Positions 40,517-48,485 of a stretch of DNA of 64,000 nt are shown here, in pieces. The stretch spans positions 8,961-72,960 of the forward strand of contig JAQUMH010000003.1 in NCBI GenBank assembly GCA_028718185.1, in the 5' to 3' direction. The position numbers and the translations under genes were made by a program. The notes under the pieces were generated by a model. That model had not been told where the DNA came from, did no database searches, and worked only from the letters and a program-made list of their open reading frames with translations. This DNA comes from Elusimicrobiota bacterium. Its GTDB lineage: Bacteria > Elusimicrobiota > UBA8919. Numbering within the stretch: position 1 is the stretch's first letter; every line of letters starts with the position of its first letter.

Positions 40517-40858
40517 AGAAGTAAAGATAGATGTAAGAAGCGTCCGATGTCCGAAGTCCAAAGTTAAAGTAGCCGCAGAGTCCCGCACAACAAATATGCG
40601 TGATAAACTCCGCTCTGCTTTTGTAAAGAATTAATAAAGAGTTGTCGAGTTTGTAGAGTCATTGAGTTAATATAGTTTTAGAATTGTAACGTCATAGGCA
40701 ATAAAACGTTAAGAATTATGATTCCGACAGCACATTACAAGTCCCGTAGAAGCATAAAAAACGCTATTTGAAGCAAGTGCTTAATTTATAACTTAGGGGT
40801 TTTAATGGCATAAAATAGATGCATTTTTGAAAAAACTTGAAAATATTGAAAAAAGTAC

Positions 40859-40887
40859 TTGACAAAACGTGAAAAATACTTTATAAA
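40859..40887 (+). promoter_or_regulatory. Sigma70-type promoter driving the riboswitch-led operon
   Basis: TTGACA (40859-40864), an exactly 17-nt spacer, then TATAAA (40882-40887). The aptamer begins ~10 nt downstream. Confidence 0.6.
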
Positions 40888-40896
40888 TATAGTGTA

Positions 40897-40977
40897 AGCG
40901 ATAAAGGCAAATGCCGATTAAAATCGGCAGACGCAAAGCCATAATCCCGCGTCGGGCGGGATGCCGGGTTACCGAAA
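40897..40977 (+). promoter_or_regulatory. c-di-GMP-I (GEMM-I) riboswitch aptamer
   Basis: The sequence is AAGGCAAA-[TGCCGAT TAAA ATCGGCA]-GACGCAAAGCC-ATAA-[TCCCGC GTCG GCGGGA]-TGCCGGGTTACCGAAA. The GGCAAA, GACGCAAAGCC and GGGUUACCGA blocks and the two hairpins match the GEMM-I consensus as in Vc2. Confidence 0.85.
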
Positions 40978-41056
40978 TTAGATACAATTTTTAAACAGAT
41001 ATTACTGCCGTGCATTAGATGGCAGTGATAAGTTGTCTGTTTAGGTTATAACTAAT

Positions 41057-41090
41057 CCGAGTTTCGGTATCCCCGTTAGCTCGGTTTTTT
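41057..41090 (+). terminator. Candidate intrinsic terminator/expression platform of the riboswitch
   Basis: CCGAG (41057-41061) ... CTCGG (41080-41084) is followed by TTTTTT (41085-41090). The loop segment CGGTATCCCCG can alternatively pair with the aptamer 3' strand CGGGTTACCG. The stem is short, so this is moderate at best. Confidence 0.45.
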
Positions 41091-41122
41091 GTTGTAAAGG
41101 TAATTAAGCAATAGAGGCAGCT

Positions 41123-42787
41123 ATGAAAAAAATCAATTACCAGATATTAAATACAGTCCAATGTCCGAGGTCCAATGTCCTGGGTCAACGGCTTATATTT
41201 ATATTTTTTGTTTTAGTATTGACCTTGGACCTCGGACTTCGGACCTCGGACAGTCTCTACGCTGCCTCTTCCGGCGGTCAGGTAGGTCAGTTCCTTTCCT
41301 GGGGTGCCGGTGCAAGGGCGCTTGCTATGGGTAAAGCGTTTTTAGCGATTTCAGATGATGCAACTGCTACATATTGGAACCCTGCAGGGTTAACTCAAAT
41401 TGAGCGTAAGGAATTTACCGGACTTTACGCTAAGTTGTGGTATGACACGACTTATAGTTTTATTTCGTATGTTCATCCGACAACAAAATCAGGAGTCTTC
41501 GGTGTTTCACTCGTATCCCTTACATCTTCTAAGTTTGAAAAAGTTTCAATTGAAAGAAATGCTCAAAATGATGTTGTTGATTTTAAAGTTTTAGGAACAT
41601 TTGATGACACGCAGACGGCAATAACCGGTTCATTTGCCAAAGACCTCTCCAAAAAACTTGCGTTTGGTGCTAATGCAAAGTATGTTTCTCATGTAATTGA
41701 TGTTTACACGGTTGCGTTTATAACATCTGACGTAGCTATTATGATGAAAGATGTTTATCCGAAACTAAAACTTGCAATAAATATACAGAATATGATATCG
41801 CTAAAGTTAGGTGATACTGATGATGATTTCCCGATTGTTTTGAAATTAGGTGCTGCTTACAGGGCGTTAAAAGATAAATTAATAGTTGCGCTTGATGTTG
41901 AAAAGGGTATGAAATCTAACATAAATTATCATATTGGAACCGAATATTGGGCAATGGATTATATCGCTGCAAGATTCGGATTTGATGTCGGTGATACCGG
42001 AATAAGAGAAACAACAGCAGGTATGGGCGGAAGATATAAAGATTATTCTCTTGATTTAGCAATGGCGTTTCATGAATTAGGGGCTTCTACAAGAGTCTCT
42101 GCAAGCTGGAAATTTGGTAAATCTTCCAGGACCGGCAAATTTGAAGAAATGGCAAAATATTTCAAAGAAGGAATGGAAGCATATAAAGTCGGAGAATATC
42201 TTGTTTCTATGGATCGTCTTTCAAAAGCGTATAGTATTGACCCGACAAATGAAGACCTTTCAAGAGCGATTCCGAGAATCCAGGTTGTTTCAACTTGGAT
42301 AAATGCTGAAAAAGGAACTTCCGTAGAAGCAGAAGCAACCAGGACAGGTATTGCTTATTATATTGAAAATGATATAAATAACGCGATTATGGCAATGAGA
42401 CATGCATATTCTTTACAGCCACAGAATGAAAATTTAAGACGTTTATTAAACGAAGTTGAAAAAGAAGCAGGGCAGACACTTACGCCGATTTCAGGTATTA
42501 AATCCACATCAGCTCCGGCACTCAGTTTAATTGAACAAAAACAGGAAAAAGCAAGAGAATATTTCTCAAAGAAACAATATGATGCTGCTATCAATGAATG
42601 TCAGGAAATCCTTATTATTGACTCAAAGAATTTATTAGCATTAAAGAGAATGGGTTCCTGTTATTACCAGATGGGTCTTAAAGATAAAGCGATTGCAACC
42701 TGGAAAAAAGTACTTGAAATTGATCCTACTGATAAAGATGTTCTGGATATTTTAAGAATGTTCGGAGGAGAAGGAGAACAAAAATGA
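41123..42787 (+). CDS. PorV-like outer-membrane barrel fused to C-terminal TPR repeats
   Basis: 'GQFLSWGAGARALAMGKAFLAISDDATATYWNPAGLT' matches the PorV-type N-terminal signature, as in 28683 and 51044. The C-terminal ~200 aa hold TPR-like repeats (e.g. 'YDAAINECQEILIIDSKNLLALKRMGSCYYQMGLKDKAIATWKKVLEIDP'). The stop overlaps the next start in ATGA. Confidence 0.8.
   Translation: MKKINYQILNTVQCPRSNVLGQRLIFIFFVLVLTLDLGLRTSDSLYAASSGGQVGQFLSWGAGARALAMGKAFLAISDDATATYWNPAGLTQIERKEFTGLYAKLWYDTTYSFISYVHPTTKSGVFGVSLVSLTSSKFEKVSIERNAQNDVVDFKVLGTFDDTQTAITGSFAKDLSKKLAFGANAKYVSHVIDVYTVAFITSDVAIMMKDVYPKLKLAINIQNMISLKLGDTDDDFPIVLKLGAAYRALKDKLIVALDVEKGMKSNINYHIGTEYWAMDYIAARFGFDVGDTGIRETTAGMGGRYKDYSLDLAMAFHELGASTRVSASWKFGKSSRTGKFEEMAKYFKEGMEAYKVGEYLVSMDRLSKAYSIDPTNEDLSRAIPRIQVVSTWINAEKGTSVEAEATRTGIAYYIENDINNAIMAMRHAYSLQPQNENLRRLLNEVEKEAGQTLTPISGIKSTSAPALSLIEQKQEKAREYFSKKQYDAAINECQEILIIDSKNLLALKRMGSCYYQMGLKDKAIATWKKVLEIDPTDKDVLDILRMFGGEGEQK
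41154..41253 (+). repeat. Heptamer-periodic palindrome (GTCCAAT/GTCCGAG units) embedded in the 5' end of CDS 41123..42787
   Basis: The left arm CAGTCCAATGTCCGAGGTCCAATGTCCTGGGTCAA (41154-41188) pairs with the right arm TTGACCTTGGACCTCGGACTTCGGACCTCGGACAG (41219-41253). A T-rich 30-nt loop encodes the hydrophobic core of the predicted signal peptide. Confidence 0.75.
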
Positions 42788-44742
42788 GAAAAGTAGTTAA
42801 GCTATTAAGTAATCAGGCGGTAGAGTGGGTTTTATTTGTTGTTTTACTACTATACCATTTTACCGCTATAATTTATGCTGAAACCGAATATTCCTCACTT
42901 CTGCAGGAAAAAATGAAGATTGAAAAAGAATATGAGAAAAGGATTATAGATATTGTAGAAAAAATTGTCGGTTCCGGAAAATCAGTTGTTTTTGTTTCAG
43001 CAGAATTACAGATTGTTAAAGCAACATCTCAGAAAAATCAGAGAGAGGGAAATGCCAGTCAAACGAATCCTTTTTCCGGGTTAAAATCCAAGCCGCAGGT
43101 TCTTCCGGGATTTGATGAAGACAGCGCAGCACCTGTTCAGCAAGCTTCTCCCGGTTCAGAAAAATCAGCAGGGTTAAGTCAGAGTATTGAACAAACTGTT
43201 ATTCCGACCATACTTAAGTTATTAAAAGTTACAATTCTTATTGACAAAGGTGTTCAGGAAGCCAAAAAGACTATTATTAAGGAAGCAATTAAGCAATCGA
43301 TTAGTTCTGACATAGGTGCGGATAAGCTTGTACTTGAAATAAAAGAAGCACCATTTTCGTCAGAAGCTTTTTGGGCACCTTTTATTAAACCAACTGTTTT
43401 AGTCCCGCTTATTTTAGGAGTAATATTTCTTATTGTTTTAATGGGACCGCTTCAGAGTGTACTTTTATCGTTTGCCTCAGCAATTAGAGAAGGTAAAAGT
43501 GGCGGTGATTTCACCGTTTTTTCAAAGACTGAATCAAAAGGTGAAACAAGTGGAACTGCGGGTGGCGGTGCAGGCGGTGGTGTTGCAGGCGGCGCGGGTG
43601 GAGTTGCAGATGCAGGTGGTGTTGGCGGTGAATCAATAACAGAATTAATGGAAAAGGAGGATAAGAAAGTGAAAAAGAAAGAAAAACCATTTGCATTTAT
43701 TACGAAAGATAACCTAAAAAATCTTATTTATCTTATACAGGAAGAGCCTCCGGAAGTGATTGCGTTGATTGTTACCTATCTTGAACCTGAACTGTCTGCG
43801 GATGTAGTTGCATCGCTTTCTTCTGATTTACAGCTTCAGACGGCAATATGTATTGCAAATGTGAAACTCAGTTCTGAGGAAGATGTATATAAAATCCATG
43901 AAAAGATTAAGGGCAAAATTGATTTTCTTGTCGGTGGTATAGATGTCTTCATAAAGATTATTGAACAAGTTGATAACAAGGTCAGGAAAGAAATGTCGGA
44001 TACCCTTGAAAAACAGTCACCAAGACTTGCAAGAAAAGTTCGTGAAAGTATTTTCATGTTTGAAGATTTGGCAAAACTGCCCGACCAGACAGTTCAGTTT
44101 ATTTTAAGGGAAATAAAAACTGATCAGATAGCAATTGCCTTAAAAGGTACCGGTGTTGAAGCGGTTATGCAAAAAGTTCTGGCAAATATGTCCGAAGGTG
44201 GTAGAGTTTTACTGAAAGAAGAAATGGATTTTGGTAAACCATACAGCCAGCAGCAAATCGGTGAGGTCCAGCGTGAAATAGAAAAAACAGTTAAAAAAAT
44301 GGAAAAAGATAAGAAAATTGTTTTAAGACAAGATGATGAATCAGAGAAACAAGGAGTTGAGGTTGAAGGTCGTCTTCAGAAACTGAATATTGGTGAAGAA
44401 TATAGAACAGTACAGCCACAGCAATCACAACAATCACAGCAGTCCCAACAATCTCAAAAAACTACCGAGTCGCCTCAAAGAGCAATTGAATACTACAATG
44501 CCGGTATTACTTCATATTCTTCCGGTAAAATCGACGATGCAATACATTATTTCCAGCGTTCGGTTGAATATAATCAGAATTTTTGGCAGGCTTGGCAATA
44601 TCTCGGGAGCTGTCTCTACTCAAAGGGAAGAATTGACGACGCTATAAAAGCATACGAGAAATCATTATCAGCAAACCCGTCAAACACGCAACTCCGTGAC
44701 TGGCTCCAGGGAGAAAAACAGAAAAGAGCAGCAGCAAAATAG
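42784..44742 (+). CDS. Two-TM membrane protein with a FliF/SctJ-like periplasmic segment, Gly-rich linker, FliG-like middle and C-terminal domains, Q/S linker and TPR repeats
   Basis: TM1 is at aa ~14-32 and TM2 at aa ~200-222. Aa ~300-510 read 'PPEVIALIVTYLEPELSADVVASLSSDLQ...VGGIDVFIKIIEQVDNKVRKEMSDTLEKQSPRLARKVRESIFMFEDLAKLPDQTVQFILREIKTDQIAIALKGTGVEAVMQKVLANMSEGGRVLLKEEMD'. This tracks FliG (cf. MFVFEDI/L, LALALKGA, NMSKRAA..L+DEL in characterised FliGs). The periplasmic 'IVGSGKSVVFVSAEL' and 'VTILIDKG' recall FliF/SctJ ring-building motifs. Confidence 0.75.
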   Translation: MRKVVKLLSNQAVEWVLFVVLLLYHFTAIIYAETEYSSLLQEKMKIEKEYEKRIIDIVEKIVGSGKSVVFVSAELQIVKATSQKNQREGNASQTNPFSGLKSKPQVLPGFDEDSAAPVQQASPGSEKSAGLSQSIEQTVIPTILKLLKVTILIDKGVQEAKKTIIKEAIKQSISSDIGADKLVLEIKEAPFSSEAFWAPFIKPTVLVPLILGVIFLIVLMGPLQSVLLSFASAIREGKSGGDFTVFSKTESKGETSGTAGGGAGGGVAGGAGGVADAGGVGGESITELMEKEDKKVKKKEKPFAFITKDNLKNLIYLIQEEPPEVIALIVTYLEPELSADVVASLSSDLQLQTAICIANVKLSSEEDVYKIHEKIKGKIDFLVGGIDVFIKIIEQVDNKVRKEMSDTLEKQSPRLARKVRESIFMFEDLAKLPDQTVQFILREIKTDQIAIALKGTGVEAVMQKVLANMSEGGRVLLKEEMDFGKPYSQQQIGEVQREIEKTVKKMEKDKKIVLRQDDESEKQGVEVEGRLQKLNIGEEYRTVQPQQSQQSQQSQQSQKTTESPQRAIEYYNAGITSYSSGKIDDAIHYFQRSVEYNQNFWQAWQYLGSCLYSKGRIDDAIKAYEKSLSANPSNTQLRDWLQGEKQKRAAAK

Positions 44743-44754
44743 GAGAGTAGAGCT

Positions 44755-44857
44755 CTTAGCGTTATAGAGTTTTAGAGTTCGTAGGGTTTTAGAGTTTATT
44801 GATTCAAATTCTTAACCCTAAAACCCTAAAACCCTATAACTCTATAACCCTATAACA
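44755..44857 (+). repeat. Octamer-periodic palindrome of the TATAGRG family, after the FliG-like gene
   Basis: The left arm is GTTATAGAGTTTTAGAGTTCGTAGGGTTTTAGAGTTTA and the right arm is TTAACCCTAAAACCCTAAAACCCTATAACTCTATAACCCTATAAC. Confidence 0.75.
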
Positions 44858-44875
44858 CGTACGGGAGGTTTTAAA

Positions 44876-47800
44876 ATGAGCGAAGAAAAAAAAGATGTTT
44901 TCGGAGGAGGGTTCCCGCCATTTCCACAGGAAAACAATTCAATGCCGTCTGCACTGGATTTACCACCATCATCTCAGGGTATGCCGCCTATGATTCCCAA
45001 TGCACCTTTCTCATCTCAGAATGTTTCTCCTTCGTCTAGCTCGTCGTCCGTTGATTATTCGAAAAAATTTCAGGAGATGGAACAGACATATATGAATATG
45101 GCGAAAATGCTTGAAGAAGTGAAAGAAAAACATGAAAAAGAAAAACATCTCTGGGAAGAAAAAATAAATTCCCTTCAAAAGGATTCACAGGAAGCATTAG
45201 ATGAATTTGCCGTTCGCCAGTTAAAAGAAGAAGAAGAAAGAACAAAAAAAGAGTCAGAAATCCGTGAAGAGAAATTGAAACTTGAAATGTCATTAAAAGA
45301 ACTTGGAAATAAATTAGAGGAGGCACGGGAAAAAACATTTCTTCAGGCACTTAAGTCAAAAGAAGATGAAGCAACTTCAGTGCGACTCGAAGCTGCTATG
45401 AAAGACGTGCAGTTAAAAAGCGTTCAGGAAAATGCATCACGCGAAATAGAAGCAGTTAAAATAAATTTAGGGGCAGCTTTATCGGAAAGGCTTGTAGCCT
45501 TACAAAAACAATATGAAAATAAACTTACCGATATTTATATAAAATCGTCCCAGAAGGAAAAGGAACTAATAGGCAAACTTGATGCTTTACAAACAGAAAA
45601 AGAGGCACTTTTAAAAAAAGCAGAACACGAGAAAAATCATCTTAATAGCGACTTTAATGATAAGATTTTAAAGAAACAAAATGAAATAAATCTAATCACA
45701 TCAAAATTAGATAATGTAAAAGATAATTACAATAAAATTCTTGGTTCACTCGAGAATGACCTGTCTTCTGCTAAAGCCAATATACTTATGGAAGTTGCAA
45801 AAACTAAATCAGAATACGAAGAAAAACTAAACCAGCTGAAAACAGAATATTCTGTGGTAGAGGGTCAAAAAATAACACTCAATGCACAATTAGAAGCAGA
45901 AAGGAAGATTTCAGCTGAAAAATTAAAAAATAAGGAAGACGAAATCGGCTCGCTGTATAAACAATTTACTGAAAGAGAAAACTTGTTAAAGGCTGATTTT
46001 GAAAAGCAAATTTCACAAAATATTGAAGATAAGAAACGGCTTGAAGGGGAATTCCGCCAGACAGTAGAAAAAACAAGTGAACGGGATGACGAATGGCGTT
46101 CAAAAATGGATGGCTTAAAAGTCGAATATGAAAATAAACTTAAAGATAAAGATTTACAATTACAAAAAGTTGAAATGGGTTTCAATAATAAACTTGCAGA
46201 ACTGAATAATATCCACCAGCAAAACGTTGACCAGTTAAAAGAAAATATTAACCAGCAAAACCAGCTGTTATTACAGGAAAGGACGAGATTAGAAAAACTA
46301 ATTTCAGAAAAAGACAAGGAAATGCTGGAAGTCAAAACCTCCCTTCAGGAGGAACTAAGAAAACAAAAAGATTTTTACGAAGAAGTGCTTTTAGAAAGGG
46401 AAGAAAAGATTTCCAGTATTAATGCAGATTTTGAAAAAAAAGAGGCAGCCATTCGTGCTGATTCTGACAAACGACTTGCTGATGCGTTGAATGAAAATCT
46501 GAAACTGGAAATGAAATTTAGAAATGAAATAGAAGTTTTAACCAACGAATATACTAAAAGACTTTCGGTATCACTTGATGAGAAAAAAAATATTGAGCAG
46601 GAATACCAATCTCGGCTAAGTTTTATTGAAAAAGAGCACTTGAGGGAAATGGATTTATTGAAGGAAAGGCAAATAACCGAAATTGAAAAACAGAAACAGG
46701 AATTCCAGAAAAAATTAGAAGCCGAAGGTGCTTCTAAAAATGAACTTGAGAAAAACCACCAGATTACTATAGAAAAAAAGGTGTCAGAATTTGAAAAAAG
46801 TTTAAGAGTCAGAGATGATGAGTGGCGATTAAAATATGAAGGGACAAAAAATGAATATGACGGCAAAATCAGGCAAATTGAATCAGAAAAAGCGTTACTG
46901 CAGCAGGGGATGTCGAAACAACTTGAAGAAATGAATAACAACTGGCTCAAAAAAATTCATTCTGAAAAATCATATATGGAAGAAAAAGTTGCAGCTCTTT
47001 CTTCCGAACTTAGTTCAAAGGAAAAGCGGTGGTCTGAAGAGAATGAAAAATACAAATTGCTAATGTCAGCTAAGGAAAACGATATTTTGTCGGTTAAAAG
47101 TCAGTACGAAAACCGTATTTCTGAAATGACAAAGACGGAGAATAATCTTAAGACGATGATTGAGAAAGTATCGGCAGATTTGGTTAATGAACGTGCAAGA
47201 TTTTCAAAAGAGATTTCTACCAAAACAAAAGAATATGAAGAAAAAATGCAAGACTATATCAAAAGTAAAGAAAACGAAATTTCAACCATTAAGATGGAAA
47301 CAGAAAATATCCGCAATAAATGGTTTGAAGAAAAACAACAATGGGTAGATGAACTGACAAAAAAGACAACATTTCCAGCTGAAGAATTAAAAACAATTAA
47401 TCTTAAAAAAGCAGAACTGGAAGCGATGGAACTTAAATTAAAACTCAGTCAAAGCGTATTAGATGAGCGTATTAATATGGAAAAACTTAAATATGATAAT
47501 ATGATTGTGATAAAAGATGACCAGTTGGAATCTCTTAAGAAGCAGTTGCAAAATGCAGAAATAGATATGGAAGGGAAAATAAAATCAGCATACCAGAAGA
47601 ATATGTTAGATAAAAAAATATTAGAAGAAAAAGAAATAAGCAGTTTGAACGACCAGTTGGAATCTACAAAGAGGCGGTTACAAAATGCAGAAGACAATGT
47701 AGATGAGAAAGTAAAATCTGCATATCAGAAGGACTCGTTAGATAAAAAAATGTTGGAAGAAAAAGAAAGAGAAATACGCAATTTAAATGGCCAGTTGGAA

Positions 47801-48367
47801 TCTCTTAAAACTCAATTAAAAAATACAGAAAAGGAGATAGAAGAAAAAACAGAAATGATGTTTCAAAATGCTTCAATAGATAAGTCAATGCTAAAAGAAA
47901 AAGATACGGAACTGAATAAACTAAAAGATAGCATTCAAAATATCAAACTGGTTAAACAACAATTTGAAAAAGAACTTGCCGGAATACAGGCAGAAAATAA
48001 GAGAAAAGAGGAAGAAATTTTAATGCTTCAAAAAAATGTGGAAAACAAACTGATTTCACAGAAAGAAAAAATGGAATCGGAATTTTCTGAGAAAATGACC
48101 GTTATCGTTGAAAAATACGAGCAGGAAAAGAAAGTAATTGAGGAATCATTCCTGAATGCAAATGCACAAAATTTATCAGAAATAGAAATATTGAAAAGTG
48201 AAATTGAAACTTTTAAGAATGCACAGGCATTCCAAAAAGCAATTCTTGATTCCAGAGATACTATCATGCATCCCGAATCACCTGTTGATGTTGAAACCGG
48301 GCAATCTGATAAAAAGAAAGATTCTGTATTGGGGAAAATACTGAATTGGCTTAATTCCCCTATATAA
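44876..48367 (+). CDS. 1163-aa coiled-coil protein with a Pro/Ser-rich N-terminus and no signal peptide or TM segment
   Basis: GGGAGG RBS. The composition is K/E/L/Q-rich with heptad character almost throughout. Three ~43-aa tandem repeats (QLESLKKQLQNAE...KSAYQK..LDKK.LEEKE) are encoded at ~47520-47900. Confidence 0.85.
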   Translation: MSEEKKDVFGGGFPPFPQENNSMPSALDLPPSSQGMPPMIPNAPFSSQNVSPSSSSSSVDYSKKFQEMEQTYMNMAKMLEEVKEKHEKEKHLWEEKINSLQKDSQEALDEFAVRQLKEEEERTKKESEIREEKLKLEMSLKELGNKLEEAREKTFLQALKSKEDEATSVRLEAAMKDVQLKSVQENASREIEAVKINLGAALSERLVALQKQYENKLTDIYIKSSQKEKELIGKLDALQTEKEALLKKAEHEKNHLNSDFNDKILKKQNEINLITSKLDNVKDNYNKILGSLENDLSSAKANILMEVAKTKSEYEEKLNQLKTEYSVVEGQKITLNAQLEAERKISAEKLKNKEDEIGSLYKQFTERENLLKADFEKQISQNIEDKKRLEGEFRQTVEKTSERDDEWRSKMDGLKVEYENKLKDKDLQLQKVEMGFNNKLAELNNIHQQNVDQLKENINQQNQLLLQERTRLEKLISEKDKEMLEVKTSLQEELRKQKDFYEEVLLEREEKISSINADFEKKEAAIRADSDKRLADALNENLKLEMKFRNEIEVLTNEYTKRLSVSLDEKKNIEQEYQSRLSFIEKEHLREMDLLKERQITEIEKQKQEFQKKLEAEGASKNELEKNHQITIEKKVSEFEKSLRVRDDEWRLKYEGTKNEYDGKIRQIESEKALLQQGMSKQLEEMNNNWLKKIHSEKSYMEEKVAALSSELSSKEKRWSEENEKYKLLMSAKENDILSVKSQYENRISEMTKTENNLKTMIEKVSADLVNERARFSKEISTKTKEYEEKMQDYIKSKENEISTIKMETENIRNKWFEEKQQWVDELTKKTTFPAEELKTINLKKAELEAMELKLKLSQSVLDERINMEKLKYDNMIVIKDDQLESLKKQLQNAEIDMEGKIKSAYQKNMLDKKILEEKEISSLNDQLESTKRRLQNAEDNVDEKVKSAYQKDSLDKKMLEEKEREIRNLNGQLESLKTQLKNTEKEIEEKTEMMFQNASIDKSMLKEKDTELNKLKDSIQNIKLVKQQFEKELAGIQAENKRKEEEILMLQKNVENKLISQKEKMESEFSEKMTVIVEKYEQEKKVIEESFLNANAQNLSEIEILKSEIETFKNAQAFQKAILDSRDTIMHPESPVDVETGQSDKKKDSVLGKILNWLNSPI

Positions 48368-48485
48368 GATTATGTAATAATTGTAGTAGCACGCCCTTGG
48401 CGTGCGTCGTTATGGTAAGGCAATGCATTTTCAGCATGTTATATAAAACCTCAGAAATTACCAGATTGCGACCCTGACAGCATAT

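Noticed and set aside
44420-44465. QQSQQSQQSQQSQ-coding stretch as a slipped-strand phase-variation tract
   Set aside because: The DNA units are imperfect (CAGCAATCACAACAATCACAGCAGTCCCAACAATCT), and any slippage in 3- or 6-nt units would stay in frame. It is more likely a flexible linker.
42784-44742. Conventional flagellar fliF/fliG genes, implying a flagellar operon
   Set aside because: No FliM/N, FliH/I/J, FlhA/B, MotA/B, rod, hook or flagellin genes occur anywhere in the 64 kb. The FliG N-terminal domain is missing and the periplasmic part is far shorter than FliF. The neighbours are PorV-like, TPR and T9SS-CTD proteins.
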